Positions 15,377 to 27,077 of a stretch of DNA of 64,000 bases are shown here, in pieces. Location: NCBI RefSeq assembly GCF_018350175.1, contig NC_058382.1, forward strand, positions 3,038,001 to 3,102,000. Direction: 5' to 3'. The first letter of the stretch is position 1. Each line of letters starts with the position of its first letter. The DNA is from Felis catus (Eukaryota). The position numbers and the translations under genes are program-made. The notes beneath the pieces are model-generated. The model saw only the letters and a program-made list of their open reading frames with translations, had not been told where the DNA came from and searched no databases.

Positions 15377-16359
15377 CTAAAGACAGACACTGTCCCTGAG
15401 GATGGCCTGGGCTCTCTCTAGCACCCCGGCTTCTGATGCTTGAGCCCGCTCCCTCTGAGGAGCTCATCGTCCATCCTGCCTCAACGCCAGTTCCCAGCCA
15501 CTGTAACTAGAGCCCCTTCGAGCATTCCACACTCCACCCCCCTACCGCTGCTTGCCTATTTCCTCTCGCACATTAATCGAAAATCCCTAGACTCCACCAG
15601 ATCCATAGCCACGCTGCACCTTCCACACCCATCCACCCCCTCGATTCCTGCCTGCCTTCCGTCTCCCTTTAAAAAAAAAAAAAGTGTTGTTTTTTTAAGT
15701 AACTTCCACACCCAGCATGGGGCCCGAACTGACAACTCCGAGGCCAAGAGTCACATGCTTTACCACGGAGCCAGCCAGGCGCCCCTAGTCTGGGTCTCTC
15801 TCTGCACTCATGCCCACGAATCTCCAAGTTCCCGGCACTGCTCATACCTGCATTTTTCTAGGCCATTCACTCCCACCCAACAGGTGGTACTCAGACATGT
15901 TTCTGTTCCCCTCAAACCTCTCCTCTCCCCTCCTGCTTTTAGCAGGTGATCCTGCCATTGATCTGGTCACTGAAAACATAAATGCAATCAGAAGAGAATG
16001 TCGCCACATCCCAACCACTGTAGCGGGGATTCTCAAGGAGATCGACTCTCCCACCCCAGGGGACATCTGGCAGAGCCTGCAGACGCTAAGTTGTCACTCC
16101 TGGAGGGGCCAGTGCTCCTGGCATCTGGCGAGGGGGGCACCAGGGATACTGGTCGACACCCTACAGTGCATGGGACGGCCCAGCACAGCAAAGAATGCTC
16201 CAGTCCCAAACGGCAGCAGTGCTGAGGCTGCGAATCCATGCACCACCCTCCCACCTGCCTGCCTCTGGCCCATGGACTCGACTTCCCACCTACTTTCCTC
16301 CTCTCCTGGACCGTTCCCATCTGGGTACCCACAAGCTGCACCTCCCTTAACAACCAACA

Positions 16360-16750
16360 GGAGCATCTGGGTGGCTCAGTTGGCAAGCACTGACTCTTGA
16401 TTTTGGCTCAGGTCATGATCTCATGGTCTGTGGGTTTGAGCCCCACTTCAGGCTCTGTACTGACGGTTCAGAGCCTGCTTGGGATTCTCTCTCTTTGCCC
16501 TCCCCTGCTCACACTTTCTCTCAAAAATAAACTTAAAACCCTTCAGGGGCGCCTGGGTGGCTCAGTCGGTTAAGAGCTGATGATCTCGCGGTTTGTGGGT
16601 TTGAACCCCGCACAGGGCTCTGTGCTGACAGCTCAGAGCTTGGAGCCTGCTTCAGATTCTGTGTCTCCCTCTCTCCCTGCCCCTCCTCCACTCATGCTCT
16701 CTCCCTCTCTCTCAAAAATAAACATTAAAAAAATTAAAAATATAAAAAAA
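16360..16750 (+). mobile_element. Two tandem CAN-SINEs in ZNF628 intron 1
   Basis: Heads at ~16360 and ~16546. Confidence 0.85.
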
Positions 16751-17807
16751 GCCTTCACCCCACTACTGCCTCTAGCTATGGCTTTATTTCTCCCCATCCC
16801 CTTTGCAGCAAAGCAACTCAAACGTGCAGTCAATACATGCTCTTTCCCATCTCAAACCCCACCACTCAGAGCCTCCACTCCATTCATGGCCTCCCTGGTG
16901 CTAAATTCCATGGCCCCTCCTCAATCCCTACGGGGTCCCTCCCTCCTTAAGCCACTCTCCTCGCTTTCGGGCACTGGTTCCTTCTCGTCTCCCTGACTTG
17001 TGAATGTGGGAGAGCCCAGGGCTCTGCCGACCCTTGGACTCCTTCTTCATCCACACTCTGTCCCTGGGAGCCCTCACTCACCCTCAGGATCTCCGTCTAA
17101 ACAGAAGGACTCCAAAATGGAGATCTGACACCTCTCCTCTGAACTCCAAACCCTGCTACAGTTGTCATAGGGACGCCTAGCAGACAACTCACACTTAACA
17201 TGCCCCAAATCTCTTTCTCTTTTTTGCTCCTGCTTTCTCCCTTCTTCACCCACAATCTTCTCCATCCCTGAAAACCCCTCTATTCTTCCTCACCGCCCTC
17301 TCGTTCTCTCACCCTCTATGACCAATCCGTCAGCCGGTTCCCTTGTTCCAGCAGGAACATATTTGGAACCTGGCCACTTCTCTCCAAGCCCCTCATTGTC
17401 ACCTTTGTCCAGGGCACCAACGTGTCCCTCCTGGACGGCTGCAACAGTCTCCCAAAACAGATCTCCCTGTTTCCACCCCCTCTTCCTTTCCTACCTCTGG
17501 TATGTTCCCAACACAGAGGCTGCAGGGAACGTGCCACAAGCTTCTACAGCTCCCATTTCAGAGGAGATACATCTCATACGTGCCCACAGCCTCCTCCCCT
17601 CCCTGACCTCCTCTAGCCTCTCAGACCCCCACACCATCTAGTCGGCGCCTGGAGCCCCTTCCCGACAGTGTCCTTGCTGACAGGTCGCTTCAGGGAGACG
17701 TTCCCTGCACCGGACCTACATCTGCAACCCCTTCCAACACTCCCCGTTCTCTTTCCCCTCTTTCTGTTGTTCTCTCTAGCACTCAACACCTTCTAACCTG
17801 CTTTTAA

Positions 17808-17985
17808 GCAGGGTTTCCCAGCCTCAGCACTGTTGCGATCGGGGCTGGACCAGTGTTGAGAGACCAGTCCCGAGCACTGCACAGTGTTTAGCAGCATCCC
17901 TAGCCTCTCCCCTCTAAATGTTAGTGGCATCTCAATCACTGTTGCACCCCAGAGCCTAAAATAACATCTGGCATAGAGTGAGCAC
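17808..17985 (+). mobile_element. MER20-like hAT DNA transposon remnant (similar copies near 2830-3050, 16020-16240, 19865-19960)
   Basis: CAGGGTTTCCCAGCCTCAGCACT...TTTAGCAGCATCCCT signature. Confidence 0.55.
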
Positions 17986-18300
17986 ACATCTTGAATGTAA
18001 AAGGGCTGGGCATCCCCTCTGGACAGGCTATAAAGATTCTCTTAAAAGATGAGTTAGCATCCTCGACGCCTGGGGGGGGGGGGGGGGGGGGCTCAGTTGG
18101 TTGAGCGTCCAACTTCGGCTCCGGTCATGATTTTGCGTGAGTTTGCGCTCCATATGGGGCTCTGTGCTGACAGCTCCGAGTCTGGAGCCTGCTTCAAATT
18201 CTCTGTGTCCCTCACTCTCTGCGTCTCTCTCTCTCAAAAATAAATGTTAAAAAAAGTTAAAAAAAAAAATGAACATCCTCTTTAAAATGTAAGCAAGTCC

Positions 18301-18523
18301 GGGGCGCCTGGGTGGCGCAGTCGGTTAAGCGTCCGACTTCAGCCAGGTCACGATCTCGCGGTCCGTGAGTTCGAGCCCCGCGTCGGGCTCTGGGCTGATG
18401 GCTCAGAGCCTGGGGCCTGTTGCCGATTCTGTGTCTCCCTCTCTCTCTGCCCCTCCCGCGTTCATGCTCTGTCTCTCTCTGTCCCCAAAAAAATAAACGT
18501 TGAAAAAAAACAAAAACAAAAAC
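18301..18523 (+). mobile_element. Young feline CAN-SINE (SINEC_Fc-type) with perfect 16-bp TSD
   Basis: Intact tRNA-derived head, CT tract, A tail; AAATGTAAGCAAGTCC at 18285-18300 and 18524-18539. Confidence 0.92.
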
Positions 18524-19073
18524 AAATGTAAGCAAGTCCTTTAAGACACTAATTATCCCAGGAAGCTGCACGTGCCTTTCAGAAGGCCGAGCACGCCTTA
18601 GACAGGAGCCATCGGCTCTCTGGAAGAGCTGGACCCAACTAGTCCAATAAAGAGCATCCCCTTCAAAAGGCCGGACCACACCCTTCCATCAGGCCCGACT
18701 TCCCCTTTAAGAGGGTGCTCCTAGGGCACACCAATCTCCACCTTTGTTGAGCTAAGCTAGTGTCCGGTTGGCAGCCACCGGGACTCAGAGGCTCTTCCTT
18801 CAAAGTTTGGGGCACTGCCAGTGCTCCTTCGCGAGATAATCCTTCCTCAGAGAATAAAAAGCCGGACGCTGCGGGGAACTGCAGAACCTGCCCCGCCCCT
18901 CTGAAAAGCAGCCCCTTGCCCTTTAAGAGGGCGGAGCCGGCCTAGTGGAAAAAAATCGGAGGTGAAGTAGCGCCCTTCCCTTTAAGGCATCCCTTCCGGT
19001 TTCACGCTCCCCATTTCCCCAACGTCTACGCCCTCCGGTCCCTCCCCCCACCCCCACCCCTCCGGTCTCTCAC

Positions 19074-19500
19074 CTGCGGCCCCGACCCGGGGAATGAGCG
19101 GGAGAGACCTAGGGCCTTCCCGCGGGGGCCGACGGGAAGACGGGGCCCCGGCAGCGGCGGGAGAGGAGTGGGGGCGTGGGAGGGGGGCGGGGGCGCGCTC
19201 CCTCCCAACAGCCCCCGGCGCGAGGCACCCAACCTTTATCGGCAGCCTCTCGCGCACACAAACCCCGACGTCGCCGTCGGCGCGTCACGACGCCACGTGC
19301 GCCGAGGCCCCGCCCCACCCCTCCCGCTAGCCTGCGGCCGTCGCTCGCTCCCCGGCGCAGGCGGCGCACGGCATCGTGGGAGTTGTAGTCCTCCCGGGAC
19401 CTCGACGGCCCGGTCGTTCCGGCTGTGTCCGAAGTCGGCCCAAGGCCCGGGAAGACCCGCCCGGAGGCGGGGTCTCACGTTCCCCGTTTTTTACTACCGA
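19074..19500 (-). promoter_or_regulatory. ZNF628: ZNF628 non-coding exon 1 and CpG-island promoter
   Basis: Donor CAG|GTGAGA at 19074; dense CpG; CACGTG at 19294-19299; ZNF143-type ACTACAACTCCCACGATGC at 19371-19389. Confidence 0.75.
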
Positions 19501-21644
19501 TTCCCTCTCGTCTGTCCTAGAATCGCTCTCCAGCTGCTCGGTTTCCGAACGGGCCTAGCCCATTAGGGGTGTGGTCATTCCTGGCCTGACCGCCACGCCC
19601 AGTCCCTGGATCTCTAAAATCTCCCTGTCGGGGAAACTGAGGCCCGCAGGGCTTCTGTTCACACCCACGCCCCCACCCCGCAGAGGTCCCACGTGCACGC
19701 AGTTCCCGGGAGTGTGCGGTTGTCCCGGGAAGCTGGACCCTGCTGTGCTTGCTCCTTGGAGGCCTGGGGGCTTAGGGAACCACTGAGTTGTCCCGGATCC
19801 CCTCTCCCTCCTTTCCAAGTCACCCCACCACGGCTTCAGCCTTGGTGACTTCTGCATGTCACCCAACAGTCTCTCAGCCTTGACACTAGTGACGCTGGGG
19901 CCAGATTGTTCTTTGTTTTGAGGGCCATCCTGTGCACCGTAGGGTGGTTAGCAGCGCCCCTGTCCCTGACTTCCACCTTCTTCTCTCCAATGGATACTAG
20001 CCCCGTCCAACTAGATCAGGCATCTTATCCATCCCAGTCCCTCTGAACCCCTCTCCCCCACCTGGCCAGCCAGATGAACCATTCATCCCAGAGGACAGAG
20101 CTGGGAGTGGGGACTGCAGGCTTTGAAGGCAGCCCAAACCTACCTGACCCTTCCCAGGGACCTAGGCTATTACTCGTGCCCCAAAGGCCTGTGTGCATGG
20201 GGGGTTGTCCCTCTCTATCCCCATCCTATTGCTGTCAGCCAAAAAAAAGTTGATAAGGGCGACACATACACACACTTCCAGAGAAAGGCAGCCCCACCCT
20301 CACTGGTAGTCAAAGGAGAAGAGAAACCCTGGAAGTAAGTGGGGAACCTGGACCTTTCCCTCTTCCTCACACTAGACGCCCCCCCCCCCCCAACCAACCC
20401 TGCCAGCCATACTGTGGGTGGTGGGAGGTGTGTCCTGGGCTTCTGGAACAGTCCAGCCCCAAGGTGGCCCAACAAGGACCAGAGTCTTTTTGATCACAGG
20501 GTGGGGAAAGGCTCAGGCCCCACTCGCTGTGCCCGCACCAATGCTCCTGGTCCCCACATGCTTAAGCCCTCCAACCCACATCCCTTCCCTCTGGAAGGAG
20601 CAGGTGTGTGGTGTTGGGCTGAGTGGACACTGGATCGTGGTTTGGGCCATTCAGTCCGTTGCCTTGGTAATGGCGCCACCTGCGCTTAGAGAGGAGAGGA
20701 TTAGGGGCTGGGTGGGAGGTGTCCTGGAGTACCAGTCTCCCCCTGACGCACAACAGGAGGTATCTGGACCAAAGACAGGATTCCCAGGGCCAAAGACTAA
20801 AAGTAAAATATCCATTTTCACCCTAGTGCAGGAAGAGAGCAGAGATGCACTTTAAGCAGGGGGGCTGGGGTGTGGGCAGGAGCCAAGAGGGCTGGCCTGT
20901 TTCTCCCACAGACTAAGGATGCTCCTTTCTGACATCTTTTGTGGCTCCCATGGGTGCCCAGCCAGCCCTGCCCGAATGGGCCTCTTTCCAGGGAAGGGGT
21001 GTTATCCTCACTTCAATGTGGGGCGGGGGGGGGGGGCGGTGAGAGGAGGGGGTGGCAAATAGAGGCCCTCTAAAGTCTCTTGGCCAGACACAGGACCAGG
21101 AAGTGATATACATCCTAGAGCCAGGAAGTGATTCCTGTAACCCGGAAGTGATTTACTGAGCGTGTCTCCAGCCCCAGAGTCTACCCCCACCCCCAATCCA
21201 AGCCCTATTTGGCAGGTCCCCACATGCGTGGTCATGGCCCAGTGCATGGGAGCCAGAGGAGCCTCCCTGCCCATCCCTGGGGGAACCAGGGCTGACACCA
21301 GGTCACACAGTCCCATCTGTGCCTAGAAAACAGATTCCTGGGGTGCCTGGGTGGCTCAGTCAGTTAAGCGCCTGACTGCGGGTTTCGGCTCAGGTCATGA
21401 TCTCACGGTTTGGTGAGTTCCAGCCCCGCACCAGGCTCTGCACTGGCAGTGCGGGGGGGGGGGGGGGGGGGGCCTGCTTGGGAATCTCTGTCTCCCTCTC
21501 TCTGCCCCTCCCCCACTCGCGCTGTCCCTGTCTTCTCTCAAAATAAACAAATAAACTTAAAAAAATAAAAGTAAAAAGGAAAGAAAACAGATTCATCTGT
21601 TTTAAGTACAGAAATGTGGCCAGAGACAGATACACACTAACTGC

Positions 21645-22790
21645 CCTCCCCAGGAGTGGCCGCCGCTTTCCGTGATGATCCCCAATGGCCCATGTCCTTG
21701 TACACCAAGTGCCTTTTCTTCAGGTGGCCTGCGGACCTGATGGATGGCACTCCTGCGATAGGTTATGTGATTTGGCAAAGGTGAAGGGATTTTGGCAAGT
21801 GCAATCAAGGCTCCCCATCAGCTGATGTTAATCAAAAGGAAATGTAATGATTAATCTTACGTGTCCACCAAGTGAACCACAGGATGCCCAGGTACCTGGT
21901 GAAACACGATTTCTGGGCGTGTCTGCCAAGGTGTTTCCGGAAGAGATTAGCATGTGCATAAGTAGACTGAGTAAAGCCAACGGCCCTCCCCAGGGTGGGC
22001 GGGCATCACCCAATCCACGGGGGTCCTGACTAGAACAAAAGGGCGGAAGGTTGGATTCCCTCTCCACGTGACTGAGCTGGAACGTTGATCTTTGCCGGCC
22101 CTCTGCGCTTCTGGTTCTCAGACCTTCAGACCCACCCTGGGATCCACACCATGGACTGTCTGGTTCTTAAGACTTGGAACCACACCACTGGCTTTCCTGG
22201 GCTCCAGCACACTGATGGCAGATCATGGGACTTCTCAGCCTCCATAATGGCACAAGCCAATACCTTATAGTAAATCTCTTTATATATGAAATATATATAA
22301 CATCTCTGTGTGTCTGACTGTATGTATAGATAGAATAGATACAGATAGCTATAGATATAGCTATAGATGATATAGATACAGGTAGATATGGATCCTATTA
22401 GTTTTGCTTCCCCAAAGAACCCTAACACGGGAAGGTTGTTCTGGGTGGGCCTGATATAATCAGGCAAGCTTTTTAAAACTGGGTCTAGAAGTCAGAGATG
22501 CGAAACATCAGTGATTTTCCTGCTGGCCTTGAAGCCATCCACCTCCACGAATTCTATAGATGTGAGGAAATGAATACTTCCATGTGAGCCTAGAAGAGGA
22601 CCCGAACCCCAGATGAGACTGCAGCCCCCGCCTACATCTTGATTGCAGCCTCGAGAGGCCCCGAGCAGAGGACCCAGTGAGCCGTGGTGCCTGGACTCCT
22701 GACCCATGCAAACTGGGAGAAAATTAGTATACACTGTTTCATGCCATGGTATTTGTGGGGGTTTGTTACACAGCATAGATAACTAATACA
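21645..22790 (+). mobile_element. MLT1-type LTR interrupted by an MLT2-type LTR (~21843-22427)
   Basis: MLT2-like TGTAATGATTAAT...GAACCCTAACA inside MLT1-like sequence ending AACTAATACA; recognised by eye. Confidence 0.6.
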
Positions 22791-23334
22791 CTTCTGTGTT
22801 ACTTTGCTAGGGCCACCCTAACAAANNNNNNNNNNNNNNNNNNNNNNNNNNNNNNNNNNNNNNNNNNNNNNNNNNNNNNNNNNNNNNNNNNNNNNNNNNN
22901 NNNNNNNNNNNNNNNNNNNNNNNNNNNNNNNNNNNNNNNNNNNNNNNNNNNNNNNNNNNTCTCCTCGTGTCTTCACATGGTCTACCTGTACCTGTCTGTA
23001 TCCAAATCTCGTCTTTTTTTTATTATTATTATTTTTATTAACGTTTATTTATTTTTGAGACAGAGAGAGAGCATGAACAGGGGAGGGTCAGAGAGAGGGA
23101 GACACAGAATCCGAAACAGGCTCCGGGCTCTGAGCTGTCAGCACAGAGCCCGACACGGGGCTCGAACTCACGGACTGTGAGATCATGACCTGAGCCAAAG
23201 TCGGACACTTAACCGACTGAGCCACCCAGGCACCCCCAAATCTCCTCTTCTTATAAGGACACCAGGCAAATTGGATTAGGCTCAGACATATGACTTCATT
23301 TTAACTTAATCACCTCTTTAAAGACCTTATTTCT

Positions 23335-23758
23335 GGGGCACCTGAGTGGCTCAGTTGGTTAAGTGTCCGACTTCAGCTCAGGTCGTGATCTCACAGTCTG
23401 TGAGTTTGAGCCCCGCATCCGGCTCTGTGCTGACAGCTCGGAGCCTGGGGCCTGCTTCAGATTCTGTCTCCCTCTCTCCCTGCCCCTCCCCACCTCTCTC
23501 TCTCAAAAATAAACATTTTTTGGGGCGCCTGGGTGGCGCAGTCGGTTAAGCGTCCGACTTCAGCCAGGTCACGATCTCGCGGTCCGTGAGTTCGAGCCCC
23601 GCGTCAGGCTCTGCGCTGATGGCTCAGAGCCTGGAGCCTGTTTCCGATTCTGTGTCTCCCTCTCTCTCTGCCCCTCCCCCGTTCATGCTCTGTCTCTCTC
23701 TGTCCCCAAAATAAATAAACGTTGAAAAAAACAAAAAAAAATAAACATTTTTTTAAAA
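23335..23758 (+). mobile_element. Older CAN-SINE with a young SINEC_Fc-type element (23522-~23735) nested in its tail
   Basis: Inner TSD AAAAATAAACATTTTTT; outer TSD TAAAGACCTTATTTCT. Confidence 0.88.
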
Positions 23759-23774
23759 TAAAGACCTTATTTCT

Positions 23775-23826
23775 TTTTTTTTTGTTTTTTTTTTATATGA
23801 AATTTATTGACAAATTGGTTTCCATA
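23775..23826 (-). mobile_element. Very short 5'-truncated L1 3' end with poly(A)
   Basis: Reverse strand reads TATGGAAACCAATTTGTCAATAAATTTCATAT(A)n, resembling the recalled feline L1 3' terminus; flanked by direct repeats. Confidence 0.7.
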
Positions 23827-24911
23827 TAAAGACCTTATTTCTGAACACAGTCACATTTTGAGATATGGGGGTTAGGACTTCAACGGATGAATTTAGGGAG
23901 ACACAATTTAGCCCATAACATCCCTCTTCTCAGAAGAAAACATGAGAAATAAATATAATAGTGTTGGCCTCTCAGAATTCTGGTTTGGAAACACCAGGAA
24001 CCTGTCAGCTGTACATTTTCACAATAAATTTTAAGGGAACCAGAGTCCCTCTCGGACTAGGTGGAGAGGTGGGAGATGAGCACAATGGGGGCAAGGACAG
24101 ACAAGTTTTGCCTGGGCTCCTGGCCTGGCCCTGACATCTCAGCTTCTCGCTTCCCCCTCCCCATATTAGAGGGGGGTTTAGCAGTGGGGTCTCCACATTC
24201 TAGGTGTAAAGACAGCAAAGGAAGTTTTGGGCAGGGCCCTGAGGTCTCGACGCTACCCCTACATCGAACTCAGCACGGCCCTCGTCACTCTTACCTTCAA
24301 AATCCAACTCCTACTTGGCCTACAAAGCCCTTCAGGTCTGGCCCCTGGCCCCTTCTCTGACCTCACCTCCTCCTATCCTTCCCTCTCTCTCACCTCATTC
24401 AAGCTTGCTCCTGCCTCAGGGCCTTTGCATGCCCTGTGCCCTTTGCCTGGGAAGCTCCTGGCTGCCCCCTCTTCCGCTCAGGTTGCAGGACAATTGTCAC
24501 ATTCTCAGAGAGGGCTTCTCCATCTGAAGCAGGACGCTTCCCCCATCCAGCATCCAACTTACTGTCCAGCACACCCTGAACCAGTCTTTTCTCGTTTGTC
24601 GGCATCTCACTCCCAGACTCCTCCAGGGACAGACTGTGCTAGTCTCGCTCACTGCTACATCCTCGGTCTACTGTAGGTGCTCAATAAATGTTTATGAAAT
24701 AACCCACCTCGAATTGCAAGGGCTGGGACGAGGGGAAGGGAGCCTGTGTATATACCTTGTAATAGCGGGAAGGGCGGGTCCTCAACAAATATCAGATGAA
24801 GCCAGTCCCCAGCTGTGGGTGACTCTTATCCACCACCAGAGAAGAGGAGGGGGGCCCAAGGGTGAGGGTGAGGCTGCTTCCGCAAGGCCTCCCGGCCCTG
24901 CCTGGGATGTT

Positions 24912-24927
24912 GGCGCCCCCTGGTGGC
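24912..24927 (-). promoter_or_regulatory. Canonical CTCF core motif GCCACCAGGGGGCGCC
   Basis: Exact match to the CCACCAGGGGGCGC consensus in unique intergenic DNA. Confidence 0.65.
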
Positions 24928-26891
24928 GCGTCCCCAGGCCAGAGCCAGAACGGCTAGTGGCCCTACGTGTGTTCCCGACCCTGCCCGTCGGTGGGACAGG
25001 GCTGGCTAGCAGATGTCGCCCTCGGCTCCTGGTGGCATGGGTGCAAGCCAGCTCCTGGAGGTGGGCTAGCAAAGGTCGGGTCCCCGCCACGCAGTGGCGG
25101 CCCGTCCTTGAGCCTGAGCCCTGACCTCCAATTCTCCAGAGACCCGGGGGTCCACTCCCTTAACAGCCCCTTGCCAAGCGACCTTCTGCGTTCCCCGCGG
25201 GGCCTGAAAGTAACAGGACGGGAAAGCTTCCAGGCGATTCCACAACACCACACGCGCGTCCAGGCTGTGCGCACACAGGCAAACACACACACACGACTTG
25301 CCCAGGCCAAGACAGAGATTGAGGAGGGAGGCCAAGCGGCCGCCCGCTGCTGGCACAGCCTGCCTGCCTGGTGGTCCCAGTGGGAGCCTGCGCTGACCCC
25401 CTGCTGCTGGCCCTGCAGCAGACAGACCTGCCGTGCAAACACACGGTGTCGGGCCCTCATTGAGCCACCTCCGGGTCCGGGCTCTGCCACTCAACTCGCA
25501 GCGTGAGCTTGGAGAAGTCTCGGGCGCCTCTGGCAGCCGGAAAAGTCACGGGGTTGGGGGGGGAGGGGGCGGGTGGATTCTCCCTCCGCCGCCTCCAGAT
25601 GGAACACCTTGATTTCAGCTCGTAAGAGCCGCCTCGGACTTCTGACCTCCAGAAGTGCAAGACAATCAGTGCACGTGGTTATGAGGCACTGGGTGTGTGT
25701 GAGTGTGTAGCCACAGGTGACCCGCACGCCCCCCAACGCGAACCTTCCACGCAGCCCCCTCACAACAAGCTCTGCAGCACCTATCCCCACACCAGTCCGG
25801 ACCAGGGTCCCCCCCACTCCGGCCAGCGCCCTTCCAGAGACAAGAGGACCCCATTCCCCCCCCACCCCCCCCACCCCCGCCGGAGCCAGCCTCTCCACCC
25901 CGCCATGCCCCAGTCTGTTCTCTGCCTCCCCGAATACCAAGGGCCCCCCCAGTCCCTCAGTAAAACGCCTTAAGGGAAACCACACACCCACGTTTTGTCT
26001 TCCCCTCCCACGGCCACAGCCAGGCTGCGCCAAAAACAGTCCCTAGCGTCACCCACCTGAGCAACCAGCTGGGCCAGCACGTGTATCCTCCCCTCTCCCC
26101 TACTCACTAGCCGCTCTGGCGGAAAGTCAGGGTTTGGGGAACAACCCTCTTGCACAGAAGCCAGCCCTTCCGGCTGGCTGGAGGCCTTGGGCACAGGCAA
26201 GCCCTGCTCTCTGAGCCTCAGTTTCCCCAGGAGGTTGGGCCCGGGGCACAGAGAGGCAGGGAGGCCCAGGCGGGTGCGTCTGGAGGTAGGTGGGCAGAGT
26301 CGGTGCCCAAGCGTCGGCTCCACAGCTGAAGGCTCCCGGCAGCCCTCCCCGGGGGTCATCTCCCCTCCCTCCCAGCCTGCACCCAAGCCTCCTGCCGCCC
26401 CCTCCCCTCCCCTCCAATTAAAGGTCCTCAACGCTAATCGCTGCCGGTTGACTCAGCCCCTGGCCTCGCTTCCCTAACGAGGCCTTTGTCCCCTTAATTG
26501 GCTATCTCCAGGCGCCTTTCTCTGCCCCCCACCATGCTGCCCTGTCCCATATCCCAGGTCCAACTATGTGCTAATTGGGCCCCTGGGGGGCACACATAAA
26601 GCCCCCCCTCACCTTCCTATATCAGCCTCCACCTACGGGCTCCTCAAAGCTCAGCATCCAGCCTCCAGGAGGTGGGGATGAGGCACCGGAGGGAGGGCCT
26701 GCCCTAATTCTCGGGGCCCTGTCTCCTCCAACCAGAGCGGTGGCCCCCCTCCAGAGTCGGCCTACCCTGCCCAGAGCCCTCTCTCCTGTCTGCCTCCCCA
26801 GCCCCGAGCCCCCAGCCCCGGCTGCTCCTCTCTCCTCAGATGTGGAAGCAGCTTTCTGACCAGCAGCGATACTGTGGAGGGGCTATTCTAG

Positions 26892-27077
<186 letters not shown>

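Noticed and set aside
18072-18091. G20 run replacing GGGTGG in a SINE head, plus many other poly-G/C runs
   Set aside because: Homopolymer slippage or sequencing error; no evidence of function
24636-26046. Overlapping 140-180 aa ORFs upstream of C19orf85
   Set aside because: No recognisable domain or consistent exon structure; typical of GC-rich DNA
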